Below, one piece after another: positions 9,202-18,902 of a DNA stretch of 64,000 nucleotides (positions are counted from its first letter, which is position 1; each line of letters starts with the position of its first letter). Where the stretch lies: positions 62,001 through 126,000 of the IMG/VR virus record IMGVR_UViG_3300020469_003050. The stretch is one strand, 5' to 3'. Both the position numbers and the translations under genes were made by a program. The notes beneath the pieces are model-generated. The model saw only the letters and a program-made list of their open reading frames with translations, did not search any database and was not told the origin of the DNA.

Positions 9202-10098
9202 ATGAAACTGAGATATTCAGAAGCATTCTATTCTGTACAAGGTGAAGGCAAATATGTAGGAGTACCTAGTGTATTTTTACGTACTTTTGGTTGTAACTTT
9301 CGATGCATGAACTTTGGTTTAGATAGAAGTGAACCAATGCGTGATGAAAAACACAAAATGGGCAATCGTTACAATGACGAAGTAAAAGATTTAATTGATA
9401 AAGGAGTACACGAAACAACAAAAGAATTTGAAGATTTACCAATCATACACACAGGCTGTGATACATACGCAAGTATCTATCCTGAATTTAAAAAATTCAA
9501 TATGCAAAGAACTGTGGATGAAGTTGTTGAACATTTATTAAGTTTAACACCTAATGGTAAATGGGTTCAAGATAACGGACAAGACGTTCATTTAATTATG
9601 ACAGGCGGTGAACCATTGTTAGCATGGCAACGATTGTACATCGACTTGTTTGAACACGAAAGGATGCAAGACTTAAAAAATGTTACATTTGAAACAAACA
9701 CTACACAAAGTTTATACCCAGAGTTTAAAGAATATCTCTCAACTAGGGCAAGATTTAAAACAACATTTAGTTGCTCTCCAAAACTCCCAGTTTCGGGAGA
9801 ACCTTGGGACACTGCTATCAAACCTGATATCGCTAGTGATTACAGTAACGTTCCTGGGTCTAGTATGTATTTTAAGTTTGTTGTTTCTGATAGTACAGAT
9901 GTTGATGATGCTGATAGAGCCGTCAAAGAGTATCGTGCAGTGGGTATTGAATGCCCTGTATACCTTATGCCTTTGGGTGGTAGAAGTGAAGAATATAATC
10001 TTACAATCAAAGATGTGGCAGAACTTTGCATGGAGAAAGGGTGGCGGTTCACGCCAAGATTACACATCAGCCTTTTCGGGAATGCCTGGGGAACCTAG
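9202..10098 (+). CDS. queE: 7-carboxy-7-deazaguanine synthase (radical SAM)
   Basis: FYSVQGEG, FLRTFGCNFRC...GCDT, TGGEPL, SPKL and RLH. Confidence 0.92.
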   Translation: MKLRYSEAFYSVQGEGKYVGVPSVFLRTFGCNFRCMNFGLDRSEPMRDEKHKMGNRYNDEVKDLIDKGVHETTKEFEDLPIIHTGCDTYASIYPEFKKFNMQRTVDEVVEHLLSLTPNGKWVQDNGQDVHLIMTGGEPLLAWQRLYIDLFEHERMQDLKNVTFETNTTQSLYPEFKEYLSTRARFKTTFSCSPKLPVSGEPWDTAIKPDIASDYSNVPGSSMYFKFVVSDSTDVDDADRAVKEYRAVGIECPVYLMPLGGRSEEYNLTIKDVAELCMEKGWRFTPRLHISLFGNAWGT

Positions 10099-10222
10099 AT
10101 ATGATATGCAACATGACGATGGTACCGCATCTAGGCATGAGGAAGATAAGACTTATGAGAATGAAGTCGAAGGAATTGAACAACGTATTCGTAAAGCCGG
10201 ATACTAGACAGAAGGAGTTAAT

Positions 10223-11371
10223 ATGAATAACTATATTTTTACAAGCGAAAGTGTTAGTTGTGGACATCCTGACAAAGTAGCAGACCAAATTAGTGATGCA
10301 CTAGTTGATGCTGGACTTAAAGCAGGTGATGAAACAACACGTGTAGCCATTGAGACACTTGTAACTACCAACCATGTTACGTTGGCGGGCGAAGTAAAAA
10401 ACTTTAATGTGAGCGATGATGAAATAAAAGAGATTGTTCGTAACAAAGTTAAAGAAATCGGATATGAACAAGTAGGATTTCATTGGGATAAACTAAAAAT
10501 CTATAATGAAATTCATGCACAGAGTGGTGACATTGGATTAGGTACTGATGATTTCGGTGCTGGTGACCAAGGACTTATGTTTGGTTATGCATCAAATGAA
10601 ACATCAAGTATGATGCCTGCTCCGATACATTATGCACATGAACTACTAAAAGCATTGAAACGTTTAAGAGTAGAAGAAGGATATGAGTACATACAACCTG
10701 ACTCAAAGTCTCAGGTAAGTTTACAATATGAAGGTGGCAAGGTAAAACGTGTAGACCAAGTGGTGGTCTCGTCACAACATAGTCCTCAATACGAACATTC
10801 TATCAGAATGCCTCTATCGAACATTGTACACGAAGTATTAGGAGATTTAGTTGACAATGATACAGTCAAACATTACAACCCTACAGGAAAATTTGAAATC
10901 GGTGGGCCTGACGGTGATACAGGACTTACAGGAAGAAAAATTATTGTGGATACCTATGGTGGTTTTGCTCCTCACGGTGGGGGTGCTTTTAGTGGAAAAG
11001 ATCCTACGAAAGTAGATAGGTCAGCGGCTTATATGGCACGTTGGTTAGCTAAGAACGTAGTAGCAGATAACATGGCAGATTGGTGTCAGATACAATTATC
11101 ATATGCTATTGGTGTAAAAGAACCTACTAGCATTTATGTAGATAGTAATGGACACAATCGTAGTATTCAAAGGTTTATTAGAGATAATATCGACTTGACA
11201 CCTAAAGGTATTATTGATAGATTTGATTTATTTAATTTTTATAAGTACAGTGAAAATTGTGTTTATGGTCACTTTGGTGACAAGAAAGTTCCATGGGAAC
11301 ATGTAGGGTGGAACGGTGTACAGTATGAAGATGCTGATTCACTAGAAGCTGAAATAAATGAAGGATGTTAG
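10223..11371 (+). CDS. metK: S-adenosylmethionine synthetase
   Basis: FTSESV..GHPDK, GAGDQG, GLTGRKIIVDTYGG and GGGAFSGKDPTKVDRS. Confidence 0.97.
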   Translation: MNNYIFTSESVSCGHPDKVADQISDALVDAGLKAGDETTRVAIETLVTTNHVTLAGEVKNFNVSDDEIKEIVRNKVKEIGYEQVGFHWDKLKIYNEIHAQSGDIGLGTDDFGAGDQGLMFGYASNETSSMMPAPIHYAHELLKALKRLRVEEGYEYIQPDSKSQVSLQYEGGKVKRVDQVVVSSQHSPQYEHSIRMPLSNIVHEVLGDLVDNDTVKHYNPTGKFEIGGPDGDTGLTGRKIIVDTYGGFAPHGGGAFSGKDPTKVDRSAAYMARWLAKNVVADNMADWCQIQLSYAIGVKEPTSIYVDSNGHNRSIQRFIRDNIDLTPKGIIDRFDLFNFYKYSENCVYGHFGDKKVPWEHVGWNGVQYEDADSLEAEINEGC

Positions 11372-11374
11372 CAG

Positions 11375-11713
11375 ATGTTTTATAAAACAAATGATGATGC
11401 ATTAGGTATTACAGTTAAAGAATTCGTTGATGAATGGTATGAAAAACAAGATTATATTCTTGTAGATATCAGAGATACAGAGGAACGTCAAAGTGCAGGT
11501 ACAGTTAAACAAACGTTTAACATTTCAATGTACGAAATACCTGACCAAATTGAAATGGCACCGACACATATCGTGTGTTTGATGTTATGTCAGGATAGCA
11601 CTAAGGCAGAACAAGTTACTAAGTATCTCAAAAATAATGGATATAATAATATGATTTATATTGAGGGAGGTATTGACGAATTATTAAAGGCTGTGCCTGA
11701 ATTGAAAGGATAA
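11375..11713 (+). CDS. Rhodanese-like domain protein
   Basis: LVDIR..EE, active-loop-like LCQDSTKA and YIEGGI. Confidence 0.75.
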   Translation: MFYKTNDDALGITVKEFVDEWYEKQDYILVDIRDTEERQSAGTVKQTFNISMYEIPDQIEMAPTHIVCLMLCQDSTKAEQVTKYLKNNGYNNMIYIEGGIDELLKAVPELKG

Positions 11714-11717
11714 CAAC

Positions 11718-12182
11718 ATGGATATAATGAAACCAAAGACTTGGTTTAAGTCAGAAGAAGAAACTGCCAGAGACCAAGCTAGATTGATAAAAGATGAAAA
11801 AGAACGTGATATTGCGTTAGCTGGTGTCGATTTAAAATACGGTCATATTACAAATAATGACCATGATAAGAAAGTAGCAACTTTAAAAGGTGAACCTTGG
11901 GTTAAAGTACTAAAGATGGAACTTGAACTGAATAAACCTGGTTCAGGCTTCTTTGAGATTGACTTTAACGAAGACTTTGTAGAGTATCTTGCAGACAATG
12001 GTTACGAAGGAAAAGACAACGATGCTATTGTAGATAGTTGGTTCAATGACTTATGTAAAAACATTGTAATGGAAGGCCTTGAAGACGAAGAAGGTACAAC
12101 AAAAACTGCTGATACTAAGAGCAAAGATGGTGTAATCATTCAACGACTAAAAACCGGTGATGATACTGCCGAATACTCTTGA
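11718..12182 (+). CDS. Hypothetical phage protein
   Basis: 154-aa ORF in operon. Confidence 0.6.
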   Translation: MDIMKPKTWFKSEEETARDQARLIKDEKERDIALAGVDLKYGHITNNDHDKKVATLKGEPWVKVLKMELELNKPGSGFFEIDFNEDFVEYLADNGYEGKDNDAIVDSWFNDLCKNIVMEGLEDEEGTTKTADTKSKDGVIIQRLKTGDDTAEYS

Positions 12183-12207
12183 CAAACTGAACAACCTGTG
12201 CTATTCT
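12179..12207 (+). promoter_or_regulatory. sigma70-like promoter
   Basis: TTGACA-N17-TATTCT with extended TG. Confidence 0.55.
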
Positions 12208-12237
12208 AATACTGTATATAACTAAGAGGATCAATTA

Positions 12238-13239
12238 ATGGCTACATTTATTCTTGTTGATAGTTTCAACATGTATCATAGAGCAAAACACGTAGCAATG
12301 CGTGGTGCGAATGTCGATATGAAAATCGGTATGGCTTTTCACATTATGATGAGTAGTGTCAAAATGTGTTATAACAAGTTCAATGCCGACCATGCAGTAT
12401 TTTGTTTAGAAGGACGTAGTTGGCGTAAAGACTTTTATGAACCTTATAAAGCAAATCGTAAGATTGCACGTGAGGCTTTGTCAGTACGTGAACAAGAAGA
12501 AAATCAAATCATGTTTGATGCATATGATAGCATGGTTGAATTCTTAAATAATAAAACTAATGTAACTATGTTGCACAATAAACAAGCAGAAGCAGATGAT
12601 ATGATTGCTTTGTTTATTGAATCACATCCAGATGATGAACATATTATTGTATCAAGTGATAGCGATTACATGCAACTAATACAAGACAATGTAAAGATTT
12701 ATGATGGTGTACAAAATCGTATCATTACTAAAGAAGGGTTCTTTAAAGATGATAAGAACATGACACCAATGAAAGACAAAAAGACTAAAGAACTTCTCCC
12801 TGCTCCAGACCCTGAGTGGTTACTGTTTGAGAAATGTATTCGTGGTGATACAAGTGATAATATCTTTAGTGCATATCCAGGTGTGCGTAAGAAAGGATCT
12901 CGTAACAAAACAGGAATGGTTGAAGCATTTGAAGACAAAGAAACAGGTGGATTCAATTGGAATAACTTCATGTTACAAAAGTGGACAGACCATAACGGTG
13001 TTGAACATACAGTACGTGAAGACTATGAACGTAACGAGAAACTTATCAATCTAACTGCACAACCAACAGAATTAAAAGTAGATTTCGTTCAGACTATTGC
13101 AGATGCAAGTCAACCTAAGAAAGTAGCAGGTGTAGGCATTAACTTTCTAAAATGGTGTGGCGAATGGGACTTACAAAATTTATCAAAGGCGCCTGATGAA
13201 ATGGCGGCTATCTTAAACAAAGCATATCCACATCAATGA
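12238..13239 (+). CDS. rnh: T4-like RNase H / 5'-3' flap exonuclease
   Basis: SWRKDFY..YKANR, EADD, SSDSDY.QL and GDTSDNI. Confidence 0.9.
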   Translation: MATFILVDSFNMYHRAKHVAMRGANVDMKIGMAFHIMMSSVKMCYNKFNADHAVFCLEGRSWRKDFYEPYKANRKIAREALSVREQEENQIMFDAYDSMVEFLNNKTNVTMLHNKQAEADDMIALFIESHPDDEHIIVSSDSDYMQLIQDNVKIYDGVQNRIITKEGFFKDDKNMTPMKDKKTKELLPAPDPEWLLFEKCIRGDTSDNIFSAYPGVRKKGSRNKTGMVEAFEDKETGGFNWNNFMLQKWTDHNGVEHTVREDYERNEKLINLTAQPTELKVDFVQTIADASQPKKVAGVGINFLKWCGEWDLQNLSKAPDEMAAILNKAYPHQ

Positions 13240-13946
13240 AACATTACATATTTGACGTAGACGGAACACTTACACCTAGTAGAGGTAAGATAGACACTGG
13301 CTTCTTAAACTTCTTTAATGAGTTTGTAGAAGAAAACAATGTTTATCTTGCAACGGGTAGTGATGCTCCTAAGACTATTGAACAAATCGGACAACCATTA
13401 TTTAACTCAGTTATCAAAGTTTATAACTGTAGTGGTAATTCAGTTTGGGAAAAAGGTAATAACATCTATAATAATGATTGGGTGTTGCCTCCTGTTCCAA
13501 AGATATTTCTGCAAAGGCAACTTGATGAAAGTAAATTTCCATTAAGAACTGGTACACATTTTGATGCAAGACCAGGCTTACTAAACTTTAGTATAATTGG
13601 TAGAGGTGCTGATACTAAACAAAGAGAAGAATATGTTAAGTATGATACCGAAACAAAAGAACGATGGATTATAGCAAAAGAATTCAATGAAAATTTTAGA
13701 AACGAGAATGTAGTAGCCCAGGTCGCTGGTGAAACTGGTTTAGATATTATGCCTATAGGTAAGGGAAAACAACAAATCATTAATGACTTTAATGAGTCAG
13801 ATAATATCATCTTTGTAGGTGATAAGACTATGGAAGGCGGAAATGATTATGACATTTCAGAAGCAGTAAAGAAACTAGAAAATGGTCAGAGTTATCAAGT
13901 TGAAGACTATGCAGACACATGGGACTTATTGTGCAGGATAGGCTAA
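13236..13946 (+). CDS. HAD-IIB phosphomannomutase (eukaryotic PMM-like)
   Basis: FDVDGTLTPSR, TGSD, NFSIIGR and GDKT..GGND. Confidence 0.85.
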   Translation: MKHYIFDVDGTLTPSRGKIDTGFLNFFNEFVEENNVYLATGSDAPKTIEQIGQPLFNSVIKVYNCSGNSVWEKGNNIYNNDWVLPPVPKIFLQRQLDESKFPLRTGTHFDARPGLLNFSIIGRGADTKQREEYVKYDTETKERWIIAKEFNENFRNENVVAQVAGETGLDIMPIGKGKQQIINDFNESDNIIFVGDKTMEGGNDYDISEAVKKLENGQSYQVEDYADTWDLLCRIG

Positions 13947-14995
13947 CATTAAATGGTACTGATTGGAGTAACCTATATCATTTAGATTACTCTGGTGGCT
14001 GTGGTGGTGAATATCTTACAGAACTAATTGCCGATAAAGCTGGTGCACCATTTGAAAAACCCACACTAACAAATTACGAAATAAAAGATAGCATAGGAAG
14101 TCAGTATGCTACACCTCATATCTATGACTATTCAGAACCTTTTCTTTTAAAAGGTCATTATGATACAGATTTACATAGCATAAGCACTTGGGGAATGAAT
14201 ATTAAATTATGGGATTATTTTAGATTTGATATTAAAAGACATTTAGACCATCTTAATGGCGATGCAACACGGGTGTTACGTTTTCCTAAACATGTAGATA
14301 AGATTAAAATTGCTAGAGAGCATAGATGTACAGCCTCATTAATTGTAAGAACACATTATGCTAAAAGAGATTATGAACAGTTTGAAGGAATGAAAAGTTT
14401 ATGGATGTATCCTGCTACACAAAGTGGAATAGTTTCAGTTAGAATGTTTTTGAGAAGACATCTTAAAGCCATGGATAATTTTGAACAAGATAGAGTCAAA
14501 GAGAGATTAGGTGATAAAATGTTTGAATGGTTTAAAAAGAGATATGACTCAGGAACAGGCATATACTATCATTGGCAATTAGAACAAGCACTTAGAAATA
14601 AAAATAAATTTTATAACAACGAAGACATTGACGGTTCTTTTGAAGATATAGTTGATACATTTATGGGAACTCATTCAGATATAAAAGTATCAGAATTTAG
14701 ACTACATAAAAGAACTGATAAAGACTTTGGTGGCGTATTTGAATGGAAACTAAATAGACTACAAAACTTTATTAACGCAACAGAATGGTTATTTGGTTTT
14801 AGCGAAGACCCTTTTAATATTGTTGAAAAAGTGACAGGGTTTAACATAAAGTCAGACTTAGTACATAGCTGGCAACAAGATAATATAAGGGTAATAAAAG
14901 ATTCTGGAATGAAATTTGATAGTACCCAAGAAGAATGTAAGGACTTTATCTTAAATTATTATAAGAATAATAATATAAAGGTAAAGGTAGAATAA
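13919..14995 (+). CDS. Hypothetical protein
   Basis: 358-aa ORF with an N-terminal YSGGCGGEYL loop; no confident family. Confidence 0.55.
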   Translation: MGLIVQDRLTLNGTDWSNLYHLDYSGGCGGEYLTELIADKAGAPFEKPTLTNYEIKDSIGSQYATPHIYDYSEPFLLKGHYDTDLHSISTWGMNIKLWDYFRFDIKRHLDHLNGDATRVLRFPKHVDKIKIAREHRCTASLIVRTHYAKRDYEQFEGMKSLWMYPATQSGIVSVRMFLRRHLKAMDNFEQDRVKERLGDKMFEWFKKRYDSGTGIYYHWQLEQALRNKNKFYNNEDIDGSFEDIVDTFMGTHSDIKVSEFRLHKRTDKDFGGVFEWKLNRLQNFINATEWLFGFSEDPFNIVEKVTGFNIKSDLVHSWQQDNIRVIKDSGMKFDSTQEECKDFILNYYKNNNIKVKVE

Positions 14996-15005
14996 GGAGT
15001 TACAT

Positions 15006-15980
15006 ATGTTTAGATTTTTTACACAGAAAGAATGGGCCTTATGGTCTTGGTTAGGGTCAGCATTAATCCTATCATCACTCTGGATACAAGTTGAGATTGA
15101 TGTTAAGATTAACGAATGGTTTGGTCAGTTTTATGATATGATTCAAAAAGCCTTAGCAACACCCAATGCTATCACTATTGGTGAGTATTGGGCTAGTTTA
15201 GGAACTTTTATATATCTAGCAATGATATATGTTGCTATTGCAGTAGCAGTGAGTTTCTTTACTGCACACTTTTTATTTAGATGGCGTACTGCAATGGTAG
15301 ATTGGTATCATAGTGTATATGATAAAGCAAGAACTATTGAAGGTGCCGCACAAAGGGTGCAAGAAGATACGATTAAATTTTCACGTATCATGGAAGGATT
15401 AGGTACAAGTTTCATTGAATCAATTATGGTTCTAGTACAGTTTGTTCCTATTCTATTTGGTTTATCAGTAGGTATTCCTATCTTCTTCTTTGGGGATTGG
15501 CAATACGGATTGATTACAGGTGCTATTGTTTGGTCAGTAGGTGGTACTTTATTCTTAATTGGGTTAGGTTGGTTGCTACGTCTAGTAGGAGTTGAATATG
15601 ACTTACAAAAGAAAGAAGCCGCATATCGAAAGATATTAGTTATTGCAGAAGATGATGGTAACGTTAGACCGAAAACAATTAATGAACTGTTTGAAGGCGT
15701 TCGGGCAATTCATTTTAAATCTTATTTGCGTTATTTGTATTTTAATGTAGGTCGTATTACATATCTACAAGCAAACGTATTAAGTGCCTATGTGTTCTTA
15801 GCACCTGCGATTGTGGCAGGGGTTGTGACATTAGGTGTCATGCAACAGATTATTCGTGCATTCGGTAGAGTAGAAGGTTCACTTCAATATCTATTTAAAG
15901 CATGGCCTACTCTTATTGAGTTAATGAGTGTGTTTAAACGTTTGCGTGAGTTTGAACGTCAAATAATTGAAAAGTCTTAG
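15006..15980 (+). CDS. SbmA/BacA-like peptide transporter
   Basis: INEWFGQFYD, FRWRTAM, IEGAAQRVQED, QKKEAAYRK and W.TLIELMSVFKRLREFE. Confidence 0.9.
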   Translation: MFRFFTQKEWALWSWLGSALILSSLWIQVEIDVKINEWFGQFYDMIQKALATPNAITIGEYWASLGTFIYLAMIYVAIAVAVSFFTAHFLFRWRTAMVDWYHSVYDKARTIEGAAQRVQEDTIKFSRIMEGLGTSFIESIMVLVQFVPILFGLSVGIPIFFFGDWQYGLITGAIVWSVGGTLFLIGLGWLLRLVGVEYDLQKKEAAYRKILVIAEDDGNVRPKTINELFEGVRAIHFKSYLRYLYFNVGRITYLQANVLSAYVFLAPAIVAGVVTLGVMQQIIRAFGRVEGSLQYLFKAWPTLIELMSVFKRLREFERQIIEKS

Positions 15981-16090
15981 TGTCAAATTTACATTACGTA
16001 ACTTTTTTGACACCGTGGAAAAGACCGACAAGAAAGGATAAATACATTTGTACGAAGTTAATTCGTGCAAATGGTTTCAATGGGTATTAA

Positions 16091-16585
16091 ATGTATACAA
16101 CAGAAATTATAAAAGACAAGTTTTGGATACTGGAAGATGCTGGAGTTAAACTCGGCACTATCAGAAAAGAAGATAGTACTTCTAACTTTGAAGTAATCAT
16201 GAGGAGTAAAGGTGTTGACTACCTAGACCTTGATGCTCTCACAACAAAGTATGGTAAGGCCATCTTAACACCGAAACTTGTCAATAAAATAGACAGTGTA
16301 GAATACGGAAAGGCACTTGACGAAGTTAATGGTTATCCGTGCAAACACAAGGCTTGTAACTCAGGTATGGAAGAGAAATCTGGAAAACAAATACCTGTTT
16401 ACACAAAGAGTGATACAAGCAAAACATATTATGCCGCTGGCTATTATGGCCTACATTTTAGTGGCGTTTGGCGTAATACGTATTGTGTCAAATTAGAAAC
16501 ATTGGATAATTATGAATTCGTCGGTCCATTCAAGACTAAGACAGAACTTGAAGCAGAGGTACTAAAAGCTAGTAAACAAGATTAA
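16091..16585 (+). CDS. Hypothetical phage protein
   Basis: 164-aa ORF preceded by GATAAATA and a hairpin (16045-16073). Confidence 0.6.
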   Translation: MYTTEIIKDKFWILEDAGVKLGTIRKEDSTSNFEVIMRSKGVDYLDLDALTTKYGKAILTPKLVNKIDSVEYGKALDEVNGYPCKHKACNSGMEEKSGKQIPVYTKSDTSKTYYAAGYYGLHFSGVWRNTYCVKLETLDNYEFVGPFKTKTELEAEVLKASKQD

Positions 16586-16773
16586 TGTATAAAAATTTAA
16601 AGGATTTAATCGCTATCATAAATCGAGCAAATTTAAGAGGCGACACAAGTATCCGTTTGTCAATCGAACAGGCAAAAGGCATTGAAAATGAACTAGCAAC
16701 TTTACTACTTGAACTAAAAGAAAGTGGTAAAGACAAGGACCAGGTACTCGACGGAGGCAAATTCCAATCATAA
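16585..16773 (+). CDS. Hypothetical protein
   Basis: Translationally coupled (TAATG) 62-aa ORF. Confidence 0.55.
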   Translation: MYKNLKDLIAIINRANLRGDTSIRLSIEQAKGIENELATLLLELKESGKDKDQVLDGGKFQS

Positions 16774-16786
16774 AAGGAGAATCTGA

Positions 16787-18058
16787 ATGATTCGTATGAT
16801 TAAGAAGGCGTTGAAGTGGACAGGGATTATCTCAGTTGCAGTGATATTATCATTTGTGGCTAACTCATATGTAAGAGAAATACAAGAGAAGATACATGAG
16901 GGCATCGGTTGGACATTTGAAAACGTCGGCGAAGGTCCTGGTAATTTTATATATGATTTGAATGGTTGGGTATTCAATGGTAAAGGATTTGATGGCGAAC
17001 GTGATATCAAGCATGTTATCCATGAGAGTTATAAGCAAGTTGTACAAGTAAAAATGGTACCGGGCGATGATGCCTTTGTTAACAATCTAGGTGGTCAAGG
17101 GACAGGTTTCTTTGCTAAAGTAACAGATACACATGGATATATTGTAACAAACTTTCACGTAATAGAAAGAAAAATAGCATTACCACTCAATATTAAGTTA
17201 GAAATTAATACTGCTACAGAATGGTGGCCGTATGAAGCAGAGATTGTAGGCTTTGATCCAGTAGCCGATATTGCGGTTCTGAGAGTAGAAAAGGTAGATG
17301 ATGAACCTTGGGAAGCACTAGAGTTTATCAAAGATTCAAGATTAGATATAACTGAAGGTGATCCAATAGTAGTTATTGGTCATGGAATGTCTTTACCTTA
17401 TACTGCGACAGTAGGTAGCATTAGTTATACAAACAGATTTGGTACAGGTCCATATACATTACATCTACAAGTAGATGCAGTTGTCAATCAAGGTAACAGT
17501 GGTGGTCCAGTATTAACTATGGACGGAAAAGTAGCTGGTGTTATACTTAGTATTCTATCTCCAGGAAGACAAACACCTGGATGGGATGGTGTAGGATTAG
17601 CAGTACAATCAGAAATTTCACAAAGGTCTCTTAATTACATATTAGACAATTGGACAGAAGAAGAACCTGTATCATGGGTTCCTTATGCTGAATTACCATT
17701 TTCATTTAAGATATGGACATATGATGAATTAAAAGATAAAGAGATACTAGACTTACCTCGTAAAGATAGAAAGATGATGTATGTTGATTTAGAAGGCATA
17801 GATGAAGATAGTCCCATATGGGAAGCCGGAGTACAACAAGGTGACATCTTTTTAGAGATTAATGGTAAAGAAGTATACGGACCTATGAATATCATCGAAG
17901 CAGGATTACATGCATTTCCTGGTGACACAATGACAATTAAAGTAAAACGTGGTGATGAATTTACAGGGTATGAAGAACTTGAATTTAGTTTTATACTTAA
18001 TGAAAAGGATCCGGCTCAATTACAGTCATGGCTTGACCAAAGAAACAAAGCAAGATAA
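16787..18058 (+). CDS. HtrA/DegP-like serine protease with PDZ domain
   Basis: Triad TNFHV / DIAVL / GNSGGP, N-terminal TM segment, C-terminal PDZ. Confidence 0.9.
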   Translation: MIRMIKKALKWTGIISVAVILSFVANSYVREIQEKIHEGIGWTFENVGEGPGNFIYDLNGWVFNGKGFDGERDIKHVIHESYKQVVQVKMVPGDDAFVNNLGGQGTGFFAKVTDTHGYIVTNFHVIERKIALPLNIKLEINTATEWWPYEAEIVGFDPVADIAVLRVEKVDDEPWEALEFIKDSRLDITEGDPIVVIGHGMSLPYTATVGSISYTNRFGTGPYTLHLQVDAVVNQGNSGGPVLTMDGKVAGVILSILSPGRQTPGWDGVGLAVQSEISQRSLNYILDNWTEEEPVSWVPYAELPFSFKIWTYDELKDKEILDLPRKDRKMMYVDLEGIDEDSPIWEAGVQQGDIFLEINGKEVYGPMNIIEAGLHAFPGDTMTIKVKRGDEFTGYEELEFSFILNEKDPAQLQSWLDQRNKAR

Positions 18059-18129
18059 ATATAAGTTAACTACGAACATTTATCATTAAATTTAGATAAA
18101 TACAAGTAGTAAAATAACAAGGAATTCAT

Positions 18130-18420
18130 ATGGCAAGACCTAAACCAACTATTCTACTTGAGCATACGGATAATAAAACCTACCGAAGTGAGCAAGTCCT
18201 TAAAGCAGAAGCCGTGTATGCGGTTTTTCACAAAGGAATAGCAATCAACCTACGTAGTTTAAATTCATTAGTAAATTTCCCAGGACCAAAGTATAAGAAA
18301 GTATCGTTCTCTAATCCAGGACATGCTATCAACCTGGCACAAAGATTAAATAGCTTATTCCGTTGTGAAGACTTTGAAGTTTATGTTTTGACCAAAGGCG
18401 AGAAACTAGAGTTAGACTAG
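18130..18420 (+). CDS. Hypothetical phage protein
   Basis: 96 aa, basic, YKKVSFSNPGHA; RBS present. Confidence 0.65.
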   Translation: MARPKPTILLEHTDNKTYRSEQVLKAEAVYAVFHKGIAINLRSLNSLVNFPGPKYKKVSFSNPGHAINLAQRLNSLFRCEDFEVYVLTKGEKLELD

Positions 18421-18800
18421 TGTTAAAAGATGAACTGATAAAGTATCTTAATGCACATACCAAAGGTCGAAAAGCAGGCCGCAAAGAATTCCGCCTCAAC
18501 GATATTTTCATTAGTTCCTCTGAAAACAATAAAAACTTTAGATTAACATCATTCGGTGCTAATATATTAAAATCCCATTTCAAAGAGTACGTAATCAAAC
18601 AAACCAATAAAGACGGAGATTTTATCAAACTTGAGCAATCGGGTAAGATGATTCTAGTGCTTGATAGATACTTAAAAAGTCCATATATACTAACGAATCA
18701 ACGTCTTAGAGTGTATGAGGAAGCTATTGCGGCTGAAATATCACTGCTTGGATTACAAGACTGGGTTGAACAAAAGTACATTATTTCCAAATTAGATTAA
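18420..18800 (+). CDS. Hypothetical protein
   Basis: Coupled ORF, 126 aa. Confidence 0.55.
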   Translation: MLKDELIKYLNAHTKGRKAGRKEFRLNDIFISSSENNKNFRLTSFGANILKSHFKEYVIKQTNKDGDFIKLEQSGKMILVLDRYLKSPYILTNQRLRVYEEAIAAEISLLGLQDWVEQKYIISKLD

Positions 18801-18836
18801 AAATAGTTGATTTTATTGGATAATTAATTAGGTCCA

Positions 18837-18892
18837 AAAACTTGACAGAATCAAGAATCGTGTTATTATGTATACATAATGAAAAACAAAGG
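18837..18892 (+). repeat. 56-bp promoter+RBS block, copy 1
   Basis: 54/56 identical to 26550-26605; TTGACA-N16-TATTAT and AAAGG RBS. Confidence 0.9.
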
Positions 18893-18902
18893 AAATGAAA
18901 AT

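Noticed and set aside
9680-10207. 175-aa ORF overlapping queE
   Set aside because: Mostly an alternate frame; only the last ~33 codons (from 10106) might be real, with weak support.
16037-18102. T4 late promoters (GATAAATA at ~16037, ~18054, ~18095)
   Set aside because: Only near matches to TATAAATA in very AT-rich DNA; plausible but not supportable without genome-wide statistics.
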